64,000 nucleotides of DNA. It comes from Neoconidiobolus thromboides FSU 785 (taxonomy: Eukaryota; Fungi; Entomophthoromycota). How positions within the stretch are numbered: the stretch's first letter is position 1; the number at the start of each line of letters is the position of its first letter. The stretch is from NCBI GenBank assembly GCA_025603075.1, contig MU626259.1:289718-353717 (forward strand). Reading direction: 5' to 3'. Shown in pieces: positions 61,595-64,000 of the stretch. A program made the position numbers and the translations under genes. The notes beneath the pieces were generated by a model, which saw only the letters and a program-made list of their open reading frames with translations, had not been told where the DNA came from and made no database searches.

Positions 61595-62893
61595 ATGTCA
61601 GAAGATCCTACTTTAACACGATACCCTTTCCATCCTTCAGATTACACTTTGCGATTAGATGATATGTTAGCCGATGCTGATTATTTAAAATATATAGGAG
61701 GTTGGTGGTCTTTTTTAAGCGGCCTATTAGCTTTATTTTTTAATGGACTTGTATTACGGCTGGTATTAAAAAGATTAAAAAGTCATTACAATATTGACAT
61801 GATGTTAGTAAGTGTAGTCTTATCTATTGATTTGTTATATTGTGGAGTAGTTATAGTTAATCAAATATTAATGGTAGCTACAAGTTATAATATTTATTAT
61901 TCTAATGTTTGGGTACAAATATCTGGTTTTTTAATTCCTTTTTTAATTCTAATATCGCTTTATATGGTAGCTATTTTATCTTTTGAACGCTATATGTTTA
62001 CTGTTAAAGGTATTAAATGGACTCCATGGTCTTATTATTCATTAGCTGTTGGTTATGTTAGTCCACCTTTAATTTTAGGTCTAGTGGGCGCAGCTACTTC
62101 TCAATTTATGCCAATGCCTTCTTGTGTTTATTCTTTAGTTTTAATTGATCAATCCTCATTTGGTGCTATTTATATTGGATTTTTTACAATTCAATCTATT
62201 ATGGCAGGTTTAGTATTTAACTCTTCTTATCTTTCTATTTTAATGCATCATCGTAAATTATTATTAAATCCTACTTCAGAATATAATGAAAATGAAATCA
62301 AAACTAAAGTTAAAACTACAAATGGAAACAATGATGTATTAAGTCTACCAGCTATGTTACAACAACCTGTACCAAGTTCCTTTAAATTAAGAGAAGCAAA
62401 GAAATCAAAACAATTAGCTAATACGCTACTTTATAAAACTTTTTTAACAATGATTGTTTATAATTTAATTTGTTTTCCAGAAATTTTAGCATTGGCCTAT
62501 GAATTAGTTTCTTTGAATCCACGTAATGTAGTTTGGGACTTCGTTGTTGTAATTACTATTTCCAATCATGCTTTAATCTCTCCTTTGGTCGTATTGTTTT
62601 TACATCAACCTACTAATGATGATTGGCAAATCTATCGAGCTGAATTAGTTAATAGTTTTTTATCATTTTTGGGTTCTAAAAGAAGAGTTGATAATCGAAA
62701 TAGACCTAGTTATGAAGATAATGATCAATCTATGTTTGGTAAAAGCAAAAGTAAACAAAACACAGTAGATTTAGATACATTATCGGACTTTGTTACTAAT
62801 CATTCTCAAGATCCTATCTTGGATAGTGCAAGTAGTCATATTGAACCATATTCAAAATATTCAAAGGAAGAAGCTATCGTTTATCAAGCTTAA
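61595..62893 (+). CDS. Family A GPCR-like 7TM protein, 432 aa
   Basis: Seven TM helices; ILSFERY motif; PMPSCVY ECL2 cysteine; ISPLVVLFLH in TM7. Confidence 0.85.
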   Translation: MSEDPTLTRYPFHPSDYTLRLDDMLADADYLKYIGGWWSFLSGLLALFFNGLVLRLVLKRLKSHYNIDMMLVSVVLSIDLLYCGVVIVNQILMVATSYNIYYSNVWVQISGFLIPFLILISLYMVAILSFERYMFTVKGIKWTPWSYYSLAVGYVSPPLILGLVGAATSQFMPMPSCVYSLVLIDQSSFGAIYIGFFTIQSIMAGLVFNSSYLSILMHHRKLLLNPTSEYNENEIKTKVKTTNGNNDVLSLPAMLQQPVPSSFKLREAKKSKQLANTLLYKTFLTMIVYNLICFPEILALAYELVSLNPRNVVWDFVVVITISNHALISPLVVLFLHQPTNDDWQIYRAELVNSFLSFLGSKRRVDNRNRPSYEDNDQSMFGKSKSKQNTVDLDTLSDFVTNHSQDPILDSASSHIEPYSKYSKEEAIVYQA

Positions 62894-63234
62894 ATAAATT
62901 TACTATTATTTTTTATCATATCAATATTTCTTATTTTTAATCTTAGATTTAAGTTACTTCAATTAATGAACCAAGATCTTTTTGTAAATTTAATATATTC
63001 TAAAATCTGTATTAGATGTATTAATAATAGATTATTATTTGACATAATAAGTTCAAACATAAGATTATAATACAATAAAATAAAGATAAAGTATATAAAA
63101 AATATGATATACAATAATCAACTTTATAAAAAGCTAAAAAAGTTCTAGATAAAAACTGACAATTTTACAAATCTACAAAACATGCTGTATAACTAAATTA
63201 AACATAATAACTATAATATAATTACTCCTTATAA

Positions 63235-63339
63235 TATGGGGATGTATTTTTGTATTTGAGAATTTTACTAACAAATTTTCCATTTAAATAGCGCTTAAAA
63301 GATGGAAAAAATAATGAAGCCAAAAAAAACATCCGCATA
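63235..63339 (+). mobile_element. MITE-104 copy
   Basis: Near-identical to 20944-21048. Confidence 0.92.
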
Positions 63340-63531
63340 TTTTATTCAACAATAAAACGATCTGTTGCTATTTGGAAGTAATCCTCTATATAATCAAAAA
63401 TTAGATGGTAGTAAAAAGCATAACAATGTTAAGTTAAAGCAAGCAAAAGAGCATAGTTTTTTCTTTTACTTTCACTTTATAAACATGCAAAGGTTAGTCC
63501 TTAAATTTTCAGGACATTTGTATTGACACTA

Positions 63532-63630
63532 TATGGGGATGTTTTTTGGTTTCATCACTTTTTCCATCTTTTAAGCGCTATTTAAATGGAAAATTTGTTG
63601 GTAAAATTTTAAATGAAAAAATACATCCCC
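63532..63630 (-). mobile_element. MITE-104 copy abutting an LTR-like repeat
   Basis: Ends CATCCCC, directly followed by TGTGAAAT. Confidence 0.9.
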
Positions 63631-64000
63631 TGTGAAATATCGCTTTGTCAGTTCCATGGTTAATTATAGTATAATAATCCCCTAAGCTGTTGTGTTCTCG
63701 AGTTCAAAGAAAATCAACCCCATGTTCTTAGTTTGATTTGTTATAAGAATTTCTAGCTTCATCCCAAATATTATCTTCTCATTTTGATATTTATACTTTT
63801 CAGAGTATAAAAGAGTTTACAGAGTATAGTAGTTCGAGGCTTTTTAACTGAATTATTCCCTGATATCTCGAACATTTAATAAAGCCACTAAGTTTTCTTA
63901 ATAGTATTTTACGTAGATTTTACATTAGTATTGTCTATTCTACTTGTCTTATATAGCATGTAACCTATTACATGCTATTCCTCATAATACAAGTCTATCT
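63631..64000 (+). mobile_element. Solo-LTR-like repeat (family B), cut by the window end
   Basis: High inverted identity to 21700-22064; TATAAAAG near 63806 and AATAAA near 63878. Confidence 0.7.

Noticed and set aside
46-63630. MITE clusters as a CRISPR-like array
   Set aside because: Copies are dispersed, in both orientations, irregularly spaced and TIR-bounded, in eukaryotic DNA with no cas genes.

Overview
Very AT-rich eukaryotic (fungal) DNA with short (~45-60 bp) GT-AG introns. The gene content (lineage-type 7TM receptor-like genes, several Gti1/Pac2 paralogs, an ECHDC1-like enzyme) suggests an early-diverging fungus, possibly Entomophthoromycotina; this placement is inference only. 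Genes: M28B glutamate carboxypeptidase, three intact 7TM receptor-like genes plus one pseudogene, three Gti1/Pac2 (WOPR) transcription factors, two motor-less coiled-coil paralogs with a kinesin-5-tail-like motif, a mitochondrial NAD+ carrier, ILV1, an ECHDC1-like crotonase, a sugar porter, an importin-alpha-like ARM protein, and three small hypothetical proteins, two of which share an SLTP motif. There are four tRNA genes. Intergenic DNA carries about 30 copies of a ~104-bp MITE, its probable ~1.2-kb parent element, a ~460-bp solo-LTR-like family, and several young perfect inverted duplications. All alignments, counts and splice models were made by eye and need computational confirmation.
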